Shown: positions 11,209 through 22,435, counted from the stretch's first letter. The stretch: DNA of 32,000 nt from Pseudomonas aeruginosa (GCF_001457615.1 NZ_LN831024.1:3540001-3572000); one strand, 5' to 3'. The notes: generated by a model from the sequence alone, not told the origin. Numbers and translations: made by a program.

Positions 11209-11481
11209 TTAGTTGACAGCATCCTTCAGGGCTTTACCGGCTTTGAAGCCCGGGATCTTGGCAGCGGCGATCTTGATCGGCTTGCCAGTTTGCGGGTTGC
11301 GACCGGTGCGAGCAGCGCGCTCTTTGACAGCGAAGGTGCCGAAACCAACCAGCACGACGGAGTCACCAGCCTTCAGGGCGCCAGTGACGGACTCGATCAC
11401 TGCGTCCAGTGCGCGACCGGCAACAGCTTTCGGGATATCAGCAGATGCGGCAATTGCATCGATCAGTTCCGACTTGTTCAC
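11209..11481 (-). CDS. hupB: DNA-binding protein HU-beta
   Basis: 90 aa. [74 protein letters not shown], classic HU signature. Confidence 0.96.
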   Translation of the reverse strand: MNKSELIDAIAASADIPKAVAGRALDAVIESVTGALKAGDSVVLVGFGTFAVKERAARTGRNPQTGKPIKIAAAKIPGFKAGKALKDAVN

Positions 11482-11616
11482 TCTAAGTCCCCTTATTTCT
11501 GTTGAGTATGTTTCTATGTGTTAGGTGTAAGGAAATTCTGCGCTGGTAGGCCAACTGACTCAGCAAGTGCCGCTTTATAACAAGGGCCCAAAAACAGTGT
11601 CAAGAATACCTACCGA

Positions 11617-14013
11617 CTAATGCGTGCTAATTCGCTCCTTGGAATCAGGCTCGCGTTTTTCATCCTTTGCAACCATCTCCGGAGCCGCATCGGGCAAGGG
11701 CTCCGGGGCGTATTGCAGCGCAATTTGCAGGACTTCGTCAATCCATTTAACCGGTTTAATAACCAGATCACTCTTAATATTGTCCGGAATTTCCTTCAGG
11801 TCGCGAACATTTTCCTCGGGAATGATCACCGTCTTGATCCCGCCGCGGTGCGCCGCCAAAAGTTTTTCTTTCAGCCCGCCGATCGCCAGCACCTGCCCAC
11901 GCAGGGTGATCTCCCCGGTCATTGCCACGTCGGCGCGCACCGGGATCTGCGTGATCGCCGAAACCAGCGCCGTGCACATGCCGATGCCTGCGCTCGGGCC
12001 ATCCTTCGGCGTAGCGCCTTCCGGAACGTGGATATGGATGTCGCGCTTCTCGTGGAAGTCCGCCGCGATTCCTAGGCTCTGGGCGCGGCTGCGCACCACG
12101 GTCAACGCCGCGGTGATCGATTCCGCCATCACGTCGCCCAGCGATCCGGTCTTGGTCAACTGGCCCTTGCCGGGTACCACGGCCGCCTCGATGGTAAGCA
12201 GCTCGCCGCCGACCTGGGTCCAGGCCAGCCCGGTCACCTGGCCGATCTGGTCCTGCTGTTCGGCGAGGCCATAACGGAACTTGCGCACGCCGAGGTAGTT
12301 CTCCAGCGTCTCGCTGGACACCACCGCCTGGATACGCTTGAGCTTGGCATGCTCCTTCACCGCCTTGCGGCAGACCTTGGCGATCTGCCGCTCGAGGCTG
12401 CGCACCCCGGCTTCGCGGGTGTAGTAGCGAATGATGTCGCGCAGGGCGCCTTCCTCGAAGGTCAGCTCGCCCTTCTTCAGGCCGTTGGCCTGGACCTGCT
12501 TCGGAATCAGGTACTTGGCGGCGATATTGACCTTCTCGTCCTCGGTGTAGCCCGGCAGGCGGATGACTTCCATCCGATCCAGCAGGGGCGCCGGGATGTT
12601 CATCGAGTTCGCGGTGCAGAGGAACATCACGTCGGACAGGTCGTAGTCGACTTCCAGGTAGTGATCGTTGAAGTTGTGGTTCTGCTCCGGGTCGAGCACC
12701 TCGAGCAGCGCCGAGGCGGGATCCCCGCGCATGTCGCTGCCCATCTTGTCGATTTCGTCGAGGAGGAACAGCGGGTTGCGCACGCCGACCTTGGTCATCT
12801 TCTGGATCAGGCGGCCCGGCATGGAGCCGATATAGGTACGACGGTGACCGCGGATCTCGGCCTCGTCACGCACGCCGCCGAGCGCCATGCGCACGAACTT
12901 GCGATTGGTGGCGCGAGCGATGGATTCGGCCAGGGAGGTCTTGCCCACGCCGGGCGGTCCCACCAGGCAAAGGACCGGGCCCTTGAGCTTCTTCACCCGC
13001 TTTTGCACGGCGAGATACTCGAGAATGCGCTCCTTGACCTCTTCCAGGCCATAATGGTCGGCATCGAGGATGTCTTCCGCCTTGGCGAGATCATGGCGCA
13101 CCTTGCTCTCGGCCTTCCACGGCACGTTCAGCAGCCAGTCTATGTAGGAACGCACCACGGTGGCTTCCGCCGACATCGGCGACATCTGCTTGAGCTTGTT
13201 CAGCTCGGCAGTGGCCTTGGTGTGCGCCTCCTTGGTCAGGCCGGCAGCGTCGATGCGCTTCTTCAGCTCCTCGACTTCGTTGTGCCCTTCGTCGATATCG
13301 CCGAGTTCCTTCTGAATGGCCTTCATCTGCTCATTCAGGTAGTACTCGCGCTGGCTGCGCTCCATCTGCTTCTTGACCCGGCCGCGGATACGCTTTTCCA
13401 CCTGCAGCAGGTCGATCTCGGCATCCAGCAGCGCCAGGACATGCTCGACCCGCGACGACAGGTCGGTGATCTCCAGGATGTCCTGCTTCTGCTCGATCTT
13501 CAGCGCCATGTGCGCGGCCATGGTATCGACCAGCCTGCTCGGCTCGTCGATGCTGTTCAGCGAGGAAAGCACCTCGGCGGGGACTTTCTTGCCCAACTGG
13601 ACGTATTGCTCGAACTGGCTCAGCAGGCTGCGAGTGAAGACCTCGGCCTCGCGCTCGCCGACATTGGCGTCGTCGATGGCCTGGACCGCGGCACGAATGT
13701 GCCCTTCTTCCTCGATGAAGCGCTCGACCTGGCCGCGCTGCTCGCCTTCGACCAGCACCTTGACGGTGCCATCCGGCAGCTTGAGCAACTGCAGCACGGT
13801 AGCGACCGTACCCATGCGGTACAGGCCATCTTCGCCCGGATCATCGTCCGCGGGGTTTTTCTGCGCCAGCAGGAGGATTTGCTTGTCGCCGGTCATCGCT
13901 GCCTCCAGGGCCTCGATGGACTTTTCCCGACCGACGAACAACGGGATGACCATGTGCGGGTACACCACCACGTCACGTAGCGGCAGCAAGGGCAATTCGA
14001 CGAGTGTTTTCAT
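11617..14013 (-). CDS. lon: ATP-dependent serine protease Lon
   Basis: 798 aa from ATG 14013. N-terminus [32 protein letters not shown]; Walker [10 protein letters not shown]; protease motif [16 protein letters not shown]. Confidence 0.97.
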   Translation of the reverse strand: MKTLVELPLLPLRDVVVYPHMVIPLFVGREKSIEALEAAMTGDKQILLLAQKNPADDDPGEDGLYRMGTVATVLQLLKLPDGTVKVLVEGEQRGQVERFIEEEGHIRAAVQAIDDANVGEREAEVFTRSLLSQFEQYVQLGKKVPAEVLSSLNSIDEPSRLVDTMAAHMALKIEQKQDILEITDLSSRVEHVLALLDAEIDLLQVEKRIRGRVKKQMERSQREYYLNEQMKAIQKELGDIDEGHNEVEELKKRIDAAGLTKEAHTKATAELNKLKQMSPMSAEATVVRSYIDWLLNVPWKAESKVRHDLAKAEDILDADHYGLEEVKERILEYLAVQKRVKKLKGPVLCLVGPPGVGKTSLAESIARATNRKFVRMALGGVRDEAEIRGHRRTYIGSMPGRLIQKMTKVGVRNPLFLLDEIDKMGSDMRGDPASALLEVLDPEQNHNFNDHYLEVDYDLSDVMFLCTANSMNIPAPLLDRMEVIRLPGYTEDEKVNIAAKYLIPKQVQANGLKKGELTFEEGALRDIIRYYTREAGVRSLERQIAKVCRKAVKEHAKLKRIQAVVSSETLENYLGVRKFRYGLAEQQDQIGQVTGLAWTQVGGELLTIEAAVVPGKGQLTKTGSLGDVMAESITAALTVVRSRAQSLGIAADFHEKRDIHIHVPEGATPKDGPSAGIGMCTALVSAITQIPVRADVAMTGEITLRGQVLAIGGLKEKLLAAHRGGIKTVIIPEENVRDLKEIPDNIKSDLVIKPVKWIDEVLQIALQYAPEPLPDAAPEMVAKDEKREPDSKERISTH

Positions 14014-14071
14014 AATGTCGGCTCTACAGCGGCACTTGGCCACGAAACAGATAGGAAGACCTTTCAGCCTA

Positions 14072-14100
14072 AGATGGGGTTAGGCCCGGGAAAAAACAAG
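14072..14100 (-). promoter_or_regulatory. Candidate heat-shock (sigma-32/RpoH) promoter of lon
   Basis: Minus strand CTTGTT-N15-CCCCATCT, close to the CTTGAA-N11-16-CCCCATnT consensus, about 60 bp upstream of the lon ATG. Confidence 0.65.
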
Positions 14101-14120
14101 CGTGCCAGTCGGAAAAGAAA

Positions 14121-14138
14121 AGGGGCCCGAAGGCCCCT
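14121..14138 (-). terminator. Terminator downstream of clpX
   Basis: aggggcc-cgaa-ggcccct hairpin, followed on the minus strand by TTTTCTTTTCC. Confidence 0.75.
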
Positions 14139-14144
14139 GCTCTT

Positions 14145-15425
<1,281 letters not shown>

Positions 15426-15529
15426 TCGATCGATCCAATGGGTAGCTTCAAACACAAGATGAAGGCAATTGTGGGCATTTTCAAGCCCACGAGGCGGCCG
15501 AATGTCTCGACCGCCAGTATTGCGGAGCC

Positions 15530-16171
15530 TTAGACGGCCAGGTCGCGCTGGGTCATGACCTTGTCGATCAGGCCATACTTGACGGCTTCGTCACCGCTCA
15601 TGAAGCGGTCACGATCGGTATCGCGGGCAATGACGTCCAGGGGCTGGCCGGTGTGGTGCGCCAGGATCTGGTTCAGACGCTCCTTGATGAAGAGGATTTC
15701 CTTGGCATGGATCTCGATATCCGAGGCCTGGCCCTGGAAACCGCCCAGCGGCTGGTGGATCATCATCCGCGAATGCGGCAGGCAGTAGCGCTTGCCGGCG
15801 GCACCGCCCGCAAGCAGCAGGGCACCCATGCTGCACGCCTGGCCGATACAGGTGGTCGAGACGTTGGGCTTGATGAACTGCATGGTGTCGTAGATGGACA
15901 TCCCGGCAGTCACCGAACCACCCGGCGAGTTGATGTAGAGATGAATGTCCTTCTCGGGATTTTCAGCCTCCAGGAACAGCAACTGGGCAACCACCAGGTT
16001 GGCCATGTAGTCCTCGACCTGGCCGACCAGGAAGATGATCCGCTCCTTCAGCAGGCGCGAATAGATGTCGTAGGCGCGCTCGCCGCGGGCGGACTGCTCC
16101 ACCACCATGGGCACCAGGCCACCGGCGGCCTGGATATCGGGAACGTGCGGAATAAAAGAGTTGCGAGACAT
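15530..16171 (-). CDS. clpP: ATP-dependent Clp protease proteolytic subunit ClpP
   Basis: 213 aa. Catalytic segments [14 protein letters not shown] (Ser) and [12 protein letters not shown] (His). Confidence 0.97.
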
Positions 16172-16214
16172 GTCTTGCGATCACTCCCTAACAGATAGTG
16201 AAGCCTCAAAGACG

Positions 16215-16242
16215 CACAAGCCAGCACTAAGGCTGGCTTGTG
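16215..16242 (-). other. Hairpin between tig and clpP (possible attenuator/partial terminator)
   Basis: cacaagccagc-actaag-gctggcttgtg: perfect 11-bp arms in the tig-clpP intergenic region; only a weak T tract on the minus strand. Confidence 0.5.
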
Positions 16243-16264
16243 GGATTCGAACGAGAGGAACGAA

Positions 16265-17575
16265 TCAGGCCGCTTGCGGAGCTTCGGCCGGCTTGACCGC
16301 TTCTTCGTAGGATACCTGCTTATCGGTCACAGTGGCCTTTTGCAGGACAGTATCTACGACTTGTTCTTCCAGTACAACAGAACGGACTTCGTTCAGCTGG
16401 GGCTCGTTCTTGAAGTACCAGGCGACAACCTGCTCGGGCTCCTGGTAGGCCGAGGCCATTTCCTCGATCATTTCGCGAACGCGACCTTCGTCGGCCTTCA
16501 GCTCATGCTGCTTGACCACTTCGGCGACGATCAGGCCCAGCACCACACGGCGCTTGGCCTGCTCTTCGAACAGCTCGGCCGGCAGTTGGTCAGGCTTGAT
16601 GTTGCCACCGAACTGCTGGACGGCCTGCACGCGCAGACGGTTCACTTCGTTGCCGATCAGGGCCTTGGGCACTTCGATCGGGTTGGCCTGCAGCAGACCT
16701 TCCATGACCTGGTTCTTGACCTTGGACTTGATCGCCTGGCGCAGCTCGCGCTCCATGTTCTTCTGCACTTCGGCGCGGAAGCCATCGAGACCGGTTTCCT
16801 TCACGCCGAACAGAGCGAAGAACTCTTCGTTCAGTTCCGGCAGCTTGGGCTCGGCTACGCTATTGACGGTAACGGTGAACTCGGCAGCCTTGTTGGCCAG
16901 GTCCAGGTTCTGGTAGTCCTCGGGGAAGGTCAGGTTGAGCACACGCTCTTCACCGGCCTTCGCCCCCACCAGCCCTTCTTCGAAGCCGGCGATCATGCGA
17001 CCGGAGCCCAGTACCAGCAGGGTGCCTTTGGCGGAACCGCCGGCGAAGGCTTCGCCGTCGATCTTGCCGACGAAGTCGATGTTCAACTGGTCATCGTTCT
17101 GAGCGGCACGCTCGACCACTTCGAAACGGGTGTTCTGCTTGCGCAGGACGTCGAGCATATTGTCGACATCAGCATCGGAAACTTCGGCCTGCAGGCGCTC
17201 GACCTTGATGTCTTCCAGGCCGGAAACGGTAAATTCCGGGAAGACTTCGAAGGTTGCGATGTATTCCAGGTCCTTGCCTTTCTCGAAGGACTTGGGCTCT
17301 ACCGACGGCGAACCGGCCGGATTCAGCTTCTGCTCGACCACGGCTTCGTAGAAGGTTTCCTGGATCAGATCGCCCATGGCTTCCTGGCGCGCGGAAGCTT
17401 CGTAGCGCTGACGAATGACACTCATCGGCACCTTGCCGGGGCGGAAACCTGGAATCTTGGCACGACGGGCGGTCTGCTGCAGACGCTTGTTGACTTCGGT
17501 CTCGATACGCTCGGCAGGCACACCAACGGTCATGCGGCGCTCAAGAGCGGAAGTGCTTTCAACAGAAACTTGCAT
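16265..17575 (-). CDS. tig: Trigger factor, ribosome-associated chaperone/PPIase
   Basis: 436 aa from ATG 17575. [59 protein letters not shown]-like ribosome-binding motif; FKBP-like domain. The listed 867-aa ORF is a chance upstream extension. Confidence 0.96.
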   Translation of the reverse strand: MQVSVESTSALERRMTVGVPAERIETEVNKRLQQTARRAKIPGFRPGKVPMSVIRQRYEASARQEAMGDLIQETFYEAVVEQKLNPAGSPSVEPKSFEKGKDLEYIATFEVFPEFTVSGLEDIKVERLQAEVSDADVDNMLDVLRKQNTRFEVVERAAQNDDQLNIDFVGKIDGEAFAGGSAKGTLLVLGSGRMIAGFEEGLVGAKAGEERVLNLTFPEDYQNLDLANKAAEFTVTVNSVAEPKLPELNEEFFALFGVKETGLDGFRAEVQKNMERELRQAIKSKVKNQVMEGLLQANPIEVPKALIGNEVNRLRVQAVQQFGGNIKPDQLPAELFEEQAKRRVVLGLIVAEVVKQHELKADEGRVREMIEEMASAYQEPEQVVAWYFKNEPQLNEVRSVVLEEQVVDTVLQKATVTDKQVSYEEAVKPAEAPQAA

Positions 17576-17806
17576 GGATATTCCTCGTTGCACAGACGTA
17601 AGCCGGTCCTTCCGGCTCCCAGAATCAAGGGCATGCATTCTAGTAGAGGGAAAAGCAGAAGTCACCCCGCCAGGGTGCAGGCGGATCCCCGGGGTGTTTC
17701 CGGCCGCTTCCGCCGATCGCAGCCCGATCTCGAACGAGTCGCTGGAGCTTCGCCGGAAGCGGGCGCATATAATGCCAGCCGATTCCGCTCCGACCGATGA
17801 AACCCT

Positions 17807-18514
17807 ATGGACTGCCCTACCCTCAGCAAGGTATTGCTCGTCGAAGACGACCAGAAGCTCGCCCGCCTGATCGCCAGTTTCCTTTCCCAGCATGGTTTCG
17901 AAGTGCGCCAGGTGCATCGCGGTGATGCCGCGTTCGCCGCCTTCCTCGACTTCAAGCCGCAAGTGGTGGTTCTCGACCTCATGCTCCCCGGACAGAATGG
18001 TCTGCAGGTGTGCCGGGAGATCCGCCGGGTCGCGAACCTGCCGATCCTCATACTCACCGCCCAGGAGGACGATCTCGATCACATCCTCGGCCTGGAGTCC
18101 GGCGCCGACGACTACGTGATCAAGCCGATCGAGCCACCGGTGCTGCTCGCCCGCCTGCGCGCCCTGATGCGCCGGCACGCGCCCCTTCCCGCCTCCCCGG
18201 AAAGCCTGACATTCGGCAAGCTGAACATCGACCGACGGCGGCGCGAAGCGGAACTCGAAGGCCTCGGCATCGAACTGACCACGATGGAGTTCGAGCTGCT
18301 CTGGCTGCTGGCCAGCCAGGCAGGGGAAATACTTTCCCGCGACGAGATCCTCAACCAGATCCGCGGCATCGGTTTCGACGGCCTGAACCGCAGCGTCGAC
18401 GTCTGCATCAGCAAGCTGCGCAATAAACTGAAGGACAATCCGCGCGAGCCGGTCCGGATCAAGACCGTCTGGGGCAAGGGCTACCTGTTCAACCCGCTGG
18501 GCTGGGAGCTCTGA
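17807..18514 (+). CDS. parR: Two-component response regulator ParR (OmpR/PhoB family)
   Basis: 235 aa. Receiver domain [35 protein letters not shown] and C-terminal winged helix ([25 protein letters not shown]). Position beside the tig divergon matches P. aeruginosa parR. Confidence 0.9.
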   Translation: MDCPTLSKVLLVEDDQKLARLIASFLSQHGFEVRQVHRGDAAFAAFLDFKPQVVVLDLMLPGQNGLQVCREIRRVANLPILILTAQEDDLDHILGLESGADDYVIKPIEPPVLLARLRALMRRHAPLPASPESLTFGKLNIDRRRREAELEGLGIELTTMEFELLWLLASQAGEILSRDEILNQIRGIGFDGLNRSVDVCISKLRNKLKDNPREPVRIKTVWGKGYLFNPLGWEL

Positions 18515-19801
18515 ATGCTGCGCCTGTTCCTGCGCCTCTACCTGCTGCTGGCCCTGGGGTTCGCCGCCGCTATCTTCGTGGTCGACCATGTCATCGACGC
18601 GTTCTACGACAGCATCGTCGAGAACTATCACCGCGACGCCGTTCGCGGCCAGGCCTATTCGCTGGTGGAAAAGCTGGCCCCGCTGGACCAGGCCGGACGC
18701 CAGCGACAGCTCGAAGACTGGCGTCCCCACTACGGGCTCGAGCTGAGCCTGACGGATGCCAGGCAGGCGAAGCTGACGCAGGAAGAGCAGGCCCTCCTCG
18801 ACAAGAACCTGCTGGTGGTACGCGAGGACTTCACGGAATTCATCAGCCGCATCGACGCGGGCCCGCAACTGCTCGACATCAAGCTGCCGCCGGAACCCTC
18901 GCTGCCCCCACTATTCACCGTGCTGGCCTACATCCTGCTCGGCGTGCTGGTCGGCATCGCCCTGCTGGTATGGGTCCGCCCGCACTGGCGCGACCTCGAG
19001 ACCCTGCGCCTGGCCGCGCAACGCTTCGGCGACGGTGACCTGTCATCGCGCACGCGCATTTTCCGACGCTCCGACATCCGCACCCTGGCCCAGCACTTCA
19101 ACCAGATGGCCGACCGCATCGAAAGCCTGATCAGCAACCAGCGTGAACTGACCAACGCGGTATCCCACGAATTGCGCACGCCGATCTCCCGCCTGTCCTT
19201 CGAACTCGAGCAATTGAACAAGCAGGTCGACGCCGAAGTACGCCACGACCTGATAGAGGACATGCGCGCCGATCTCGGCGAACTGGAGGAAATGGTCTCC
19301 GAACTGCTGACCTACGCCCGCCTGGAGCACGGCAACGTCGGGAGCCACCGGGAAATCGTCGACGCCGCGAGCTGGCTGGATAGCGTCGTCGCCGACGTCG
19401 CCCTGGAAGCCGAAGCCGCCGGAGTCACCTGCGAGATCAGCGCCTGCCAGGTCGAACAGATCCGCATCGAGCCTCGCTTCATGGCGCGCGCAGTGATCAA
19501 CCTGCTGCGCAACGCCATTCGCCACGCACACTCGCGCGTCGAAATCGCCCTCCTCGATCAAGGCGACAGCTGTCAGATACGGGTCAACGACGACGGCCCC
19601 GGGATACCGGCGGACGCCCGGCAGAAGATCTTCGAACCCTTTTCGCGCCTGGACGACAGCCGCGATCGCAGCACCGGCGGCTTCGGCCTGGGCCTGGCGA
19701 TCGTCCGCCGGGTCGCGCAATGGCACGGCGGCTATGCGGAAGCGCTGGAAACGCCGCAGGGAGGCGCCTCCTTCCGCCTGACCTGGGAGCGACCCCGTTG
19801 A
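18515..19801 (+). CDS. parS: Two-component sensor histidine kinase ParS
   Basis: 428 aa. Two TM helices, HAMP region, H-box ([21 protein letters not shown]), N-box ([10 protein letters not shown]), G-boxes ([19 protein letters not shown]). ATG follows the parR TGA directly. Confidence 0.9.
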   Translation: MLRLFLRLYLLLALGFAAAIFVVDHVIDAFYDSIVENYHRDAVRGQAYSLVEKLAPLDQAGRQRQLEDWRPHYGLELSLTDARQAKLTQEEQALLDKNLLVVREDFTEFISRIDAGPQLLDIKLPPEPSLPPLFTVLAYILLGVLVGIALLVWVRPHWRDLETLRLAAQRFGDGDLSSRTRIFRRSDIRTLAQHFNQMADRIESLISNQRELTNAVSHELRTPISRLSFELEQLNKQVDAEVRHDLIEDMRADLGELEEMVSELLTYARLEHGNVGSHREIVDAASWLDSVVADVALEAEAAGVTCEISACQVEQIRIEPRFMARAVINLLRNAIRHAHSRVEIALLDQGDSCQIRVNDDGPGIPADARQKIFEPFSRLDDSRDRSTGGFGLGLAIVRRVAQWHGGYAEALETPQGGASFRLTWERPR

Positions 19802-19905
19802 CAGCGGAGGCTTAACAATCTTTCACAGATTGCTGACAAAGCCGTAAGGACTGCCAGCCAGGCCCGCCCTAGCATGGGACACCTCGCCTTTCCGCCAGGT
19901 GTTCC

Positions 19906-21738
19906 ATGTTTCGTGCAATGCATCTTTCCCTTCTCGGCTGCCTGCTCGGCACCAGCGGCTGCCACGGACTGCCGCCCGCCCCGCCAGCGCCGAGCGCCGC
20001 CGTGGGCAACTACGGCGAGGTCATCGACTATCTGCAACGCCACATCCGCCGGGAAATGGAAAGGCAGGACGTGCCCGGCCTGGCCCTGGCATTGGTCGAC
20101 GACCAGCAACTGGTCTGGGCCCGCGGTTTCGGCTATGCCGACCGACAGCACAGGATCAACGCCAGCGAGCACACCGCATTCCACGCCGGCGACCTGTCCA
20201 AGCTACTGATCGCCAGCGCGACCCTGCAACTGGCCGAACGGGGCCAACTCTCTCTCGACGCTCCGCTCCAGGACACCTTGCGCGAGTTCTACGTACGCTC
20301 ACGCTTCCATGCCGACCAGAGCGAGGCGGATCGCGCGATCACTTTCCGCCGGCTGCTCAGCCATCAGTCCGGCCTTCCTGGCGAACACCTGCCGCCCCTG
20401 TTCGGCGAACGCCCGAACTCACTCGGCCAACTGCCGGCGAAAGTATCCGGTGTCTGGCTGAGCAATCCGCCGGGAACCCAGGTCGCCCATTCCAACCTTG
20501 GCTACGAACTGGTCGGCGCGGCCATCGAGCGCAACACCGGAAAGCACTTCGAGCAGCACATGCGCGAGCACCTGCTGGACCCTTTGCAGATGACTCGCTC
20601 CAGCTTCGCCAGGAACGCCCTGCCCCAGGCGCAACGCGCCCACGGCTACAGCGGCGGCGGTCGCCCCGGCTCCGCCAGCGACCTCCCGGTCAACGATCTG
20701 TGGAGCAGCCCGGTCGACCTCAGCCGCTTCGTCCGCATGCTGTTCGCCAACGGGCGCCACAAGGAGCGCCAGCTTCTCAGGAAACACTCCGTCGAGGAGA
20801 TGTTCCGCCAGCAGAACGCCGGCAATGCCCTGGACTTCGACTGCCAGGTGGGCCTGGCCTGGTTCCTCAGCCCGTGCGGCTCCGCGCCGCTGGAAGGGGG
20901 CATCCGTCACTATGAGTACGCCAGCGCCACCCCAGGATTCAGCGCCCACCTGGTTCTGCTGCCGGAACAGCGCCTCGCCGCCATTGTCATGAGCAACGCC
21001 GATGACCGCGGTTCGCTCACCGCCTCCCTGGCCCGGCAAGCGGCGTCGCTCATGCTGCAGGTCAGGCAGGGCGCTCGTCGCCCCGCCGTACAGCCCACCC
21101 CCGCGCGCGCCCCCGCACTGAAGGTGCCGAGCCCGGAGGACCGGCGACAGCTATACGGTCGTTACGCAACCCGCCAAGGCCAGGTTCGCCTGTACGAGCG
21201 CAGGGGTCGCCTGTACGCGGATTTCGGCGAACAACGCGTGGAATTGTTGCGCGACACCTCGGGCTGGCTGCAGATGAGAAAAAGACTGCTGGGGTTCTGG
21301 CCTGTCGGCGTGGACAGCGCCGGACAGTTGCAACTGGACGTGGTCAGCTACGGCCAACGCCGAATCCTGGTGTCCCGCCGCCACGACCAGACCGCCTACC
21401 TCGGCGAGCGCATCGAGCCGACATCCCTGCCCCAGGCCTGGACCGAAGCCGTCGGCACCTACCGCGTCGCCAGCACGGGCCGGCACAGCTACCTGAACGG
21501 CCTGAGCATCAGGATCGAAGACGGCTTCCTGCTGGTGCGCGGGCAAGCCGGAGGAACCCGCTCCGGCGAGTTCATCCTGCAACCCATCGACAGCGCACAC
21601 GCCGTCCTGGCCGGCAGCGGCCAGGGCCTGGGAGACACCTTCAGTCGCGACTTCGACGGTCTGAACGCGCTCGGCTACCGCTTCGCCCAGCAAGGCACCA
21701 AGGCACGTCCCTGGCTGCAACGGAAGGAGTCCCCATGA
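19906..21738 (+). CDS. Beta-lactamase/class C-fold family protein (PA1797-like), probably exported, with degenerate catalytic motifs
   Basis: 610 aa. VPGLALALVDDQQLVWARGFGYAD..., GYELVGAAIERNTG and ATPGFSAHLVLLPEQRLAAIVMSNAD align with beta-lactamase/penicillin-binding (EstB/AmpC-like) families. Hydrophobic N-terminus MHLSLLGCLLGTSGC is lipoprotein-like. Confidence 0.85.
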   Translation: MFRAMHLSLLGCLLGTSGCHGLPPAPPAPSAAVGNYGEVIDYLQRHIRREMERQDVPGLALALVDDQQLVWARGFGYADRQHRINASEHTAFHAGDLSKLLIASATLQLAERGQLSLDAPLQDTLREFYVRSRFHADQSEADRAITFRRLLSHQSGLPGEHLPPLFGERPNSLGQLPAKVSGVWLSNPPGTQVAHSNLGYELVGAAIERNTGKHFEQHMREHLLDPLQMTRSSFARNALPQAQRAHGYSGGGRPGSASDLPVNDLWSSPVDLSRFVRMLFANGRHKERQLLRKHSVEEMFRQQNAGNALDFDCQVGLAWFLSPCGSAPLEGGIRHYEYASATPGFSAHLVLLPEQRLAAIVMSNADDRGSLTASLARQAASLMLQVRQGARRPAVQPTPARAPALKVPSPEDRRQLYGRYATRQGQVRLYERRGRLYADFGEQRVELLRDTSGWLQMRKRLLGFWPVGVDSAGQLQLDVVSYGQRRILVSRRHDQTAYLGERIEPTSLPQAWTEAVGTYRVASTGRHSYLNGLSIRIEDGFLLVRGQAGGTRSGEFILQPIDSAHAVLAGSGQGLGDTFSRDFDGLNALGYRFAQQGTKARPWLQRKESP

Positions 21739-21851
21739 GAAGCCCCTCCCTGTGCCTCGCCGGCACGCTCGCCAGCCTCTGCTCCGCCGCTGTCGCCGAA
21801 GAGTGGCATGACAGCATCGGCCCGAGCGCCCTGGTGGAATACCGTTTCTGA
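21735..21851 (+). CDS. Candidate small exported peptide (38 aa), translationally overlapping the upstream gene
   Basis: ATG at 21735 overlaps the TGA at 21736-21738; preceding AAGGAGT ribosome-binding site. Translation MRSPSLCLAGTLASLCSAAVAEEWHDSIGPSALVEYRF* has a signal-peptide-like N-terminus with an AVA-EE cleavage site. Confidence 0.5.
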   Translation: MRSPSLCLAGTLASLCSAAVAEEWHDSIGPSALVEYRF

Positions 21852-22024
21852 AACGCACCGAGAGAGAATACGAACATGTTCACCGCCTTCGCCTTCCGCG
21901 GCCGCCAACCTTATACCGTTCGCCGGAACACAGCCCAGGGCGCGACCTTGCGCCCGAAACTGGCGAACCGGCCGGATGCGCCGGTTTCAGCCGGGAAGTC
22001 CTGAACTGCGGAGCGTCTACGGCC

Positions 22025-22246
22025 TCATTGGCAACGGATCACGCCGCTGGCGATTTCGTCGTCGATGGAGCGCAGCGCATCGGCATCCTGGTGCATCTGC
22101 TCGATCACCTCGAGCAGGCGCTGCGCCAGCTTCGGATCGTTCGCCCGCTCGACGGCGCGCATGACCTCGACCGCAGCCGATTCATGATTGTTCGCCATCT
22201 GCTTGAGAGCCTTGCGCAAGCGCTGCTCGGTCCATTTCATCGACAT
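22025..22246 (-). CDS. Hypothetical protein, 73 aa, predicted mostly helical
   Basis: MSMKWTEQRLRKALKQMANNHESAAVEVMRAVERANDPKLAQRLLEVIEQMHQDADALRSIDDEIASGVIRCQ. Protein-like composition, and no competing ORF of comparable quality on the other strand. Confidence 0.6.
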   Translation of the reverse strand: MSMKWTEQRLRKALKQMANNHESAAVEVMRAVERANDPKLAQRLLEVIEQMHQDADALRSIDDEIASGVIRCQ

Positions 22247-22404
22247 GTCGCTTCACCCAGACTGCATATACGGACCCGCCAGGAACGACAGGCTCGCTTA
22301 AGAGCGCCGGACCCGGAACAAGTTCAACCTGCCGTCGCGCCCATGAGGGCGGATTGGGTACCGGAAAGGCAAGCGGAGAAGAGATCGTGAAGCGCAAACG
22401 AAAA

Positions 22405-22425
22405 CGCCAGGCACAAGGCCTGGCG
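22405..22425 (-). terminator. Terminator downstream of the distal tRNA-His
   Basis: cgccaggc-acaag-gcctggcg; minus strand continues TTTTCG. Confidence 0.7.
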
Positions 22426-22435
22426 CTTCTAAATA

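Noticed and set aside
12349-13980. 543-aa plus-strand ORF opposite lon
   Set aside because: Antisense to lon and a product of codon bias; the lon reading is unambiguous.
17576-18868. N-terminal extension of tig in the ORF track (867-aa ORF)
   Set aside because: Trigger factor starts at MQVSVES (17575). The extension is antisense to parR/parS and is a chance open frame.
17807-21851. parRS-PA1797 region considered as a phage-defence or toxin/antitoxin system
   Set aside because: No nuclease, toxin, NTPase or antitoxin signatures; better explained as an antimicrobial-peptide sensing module.
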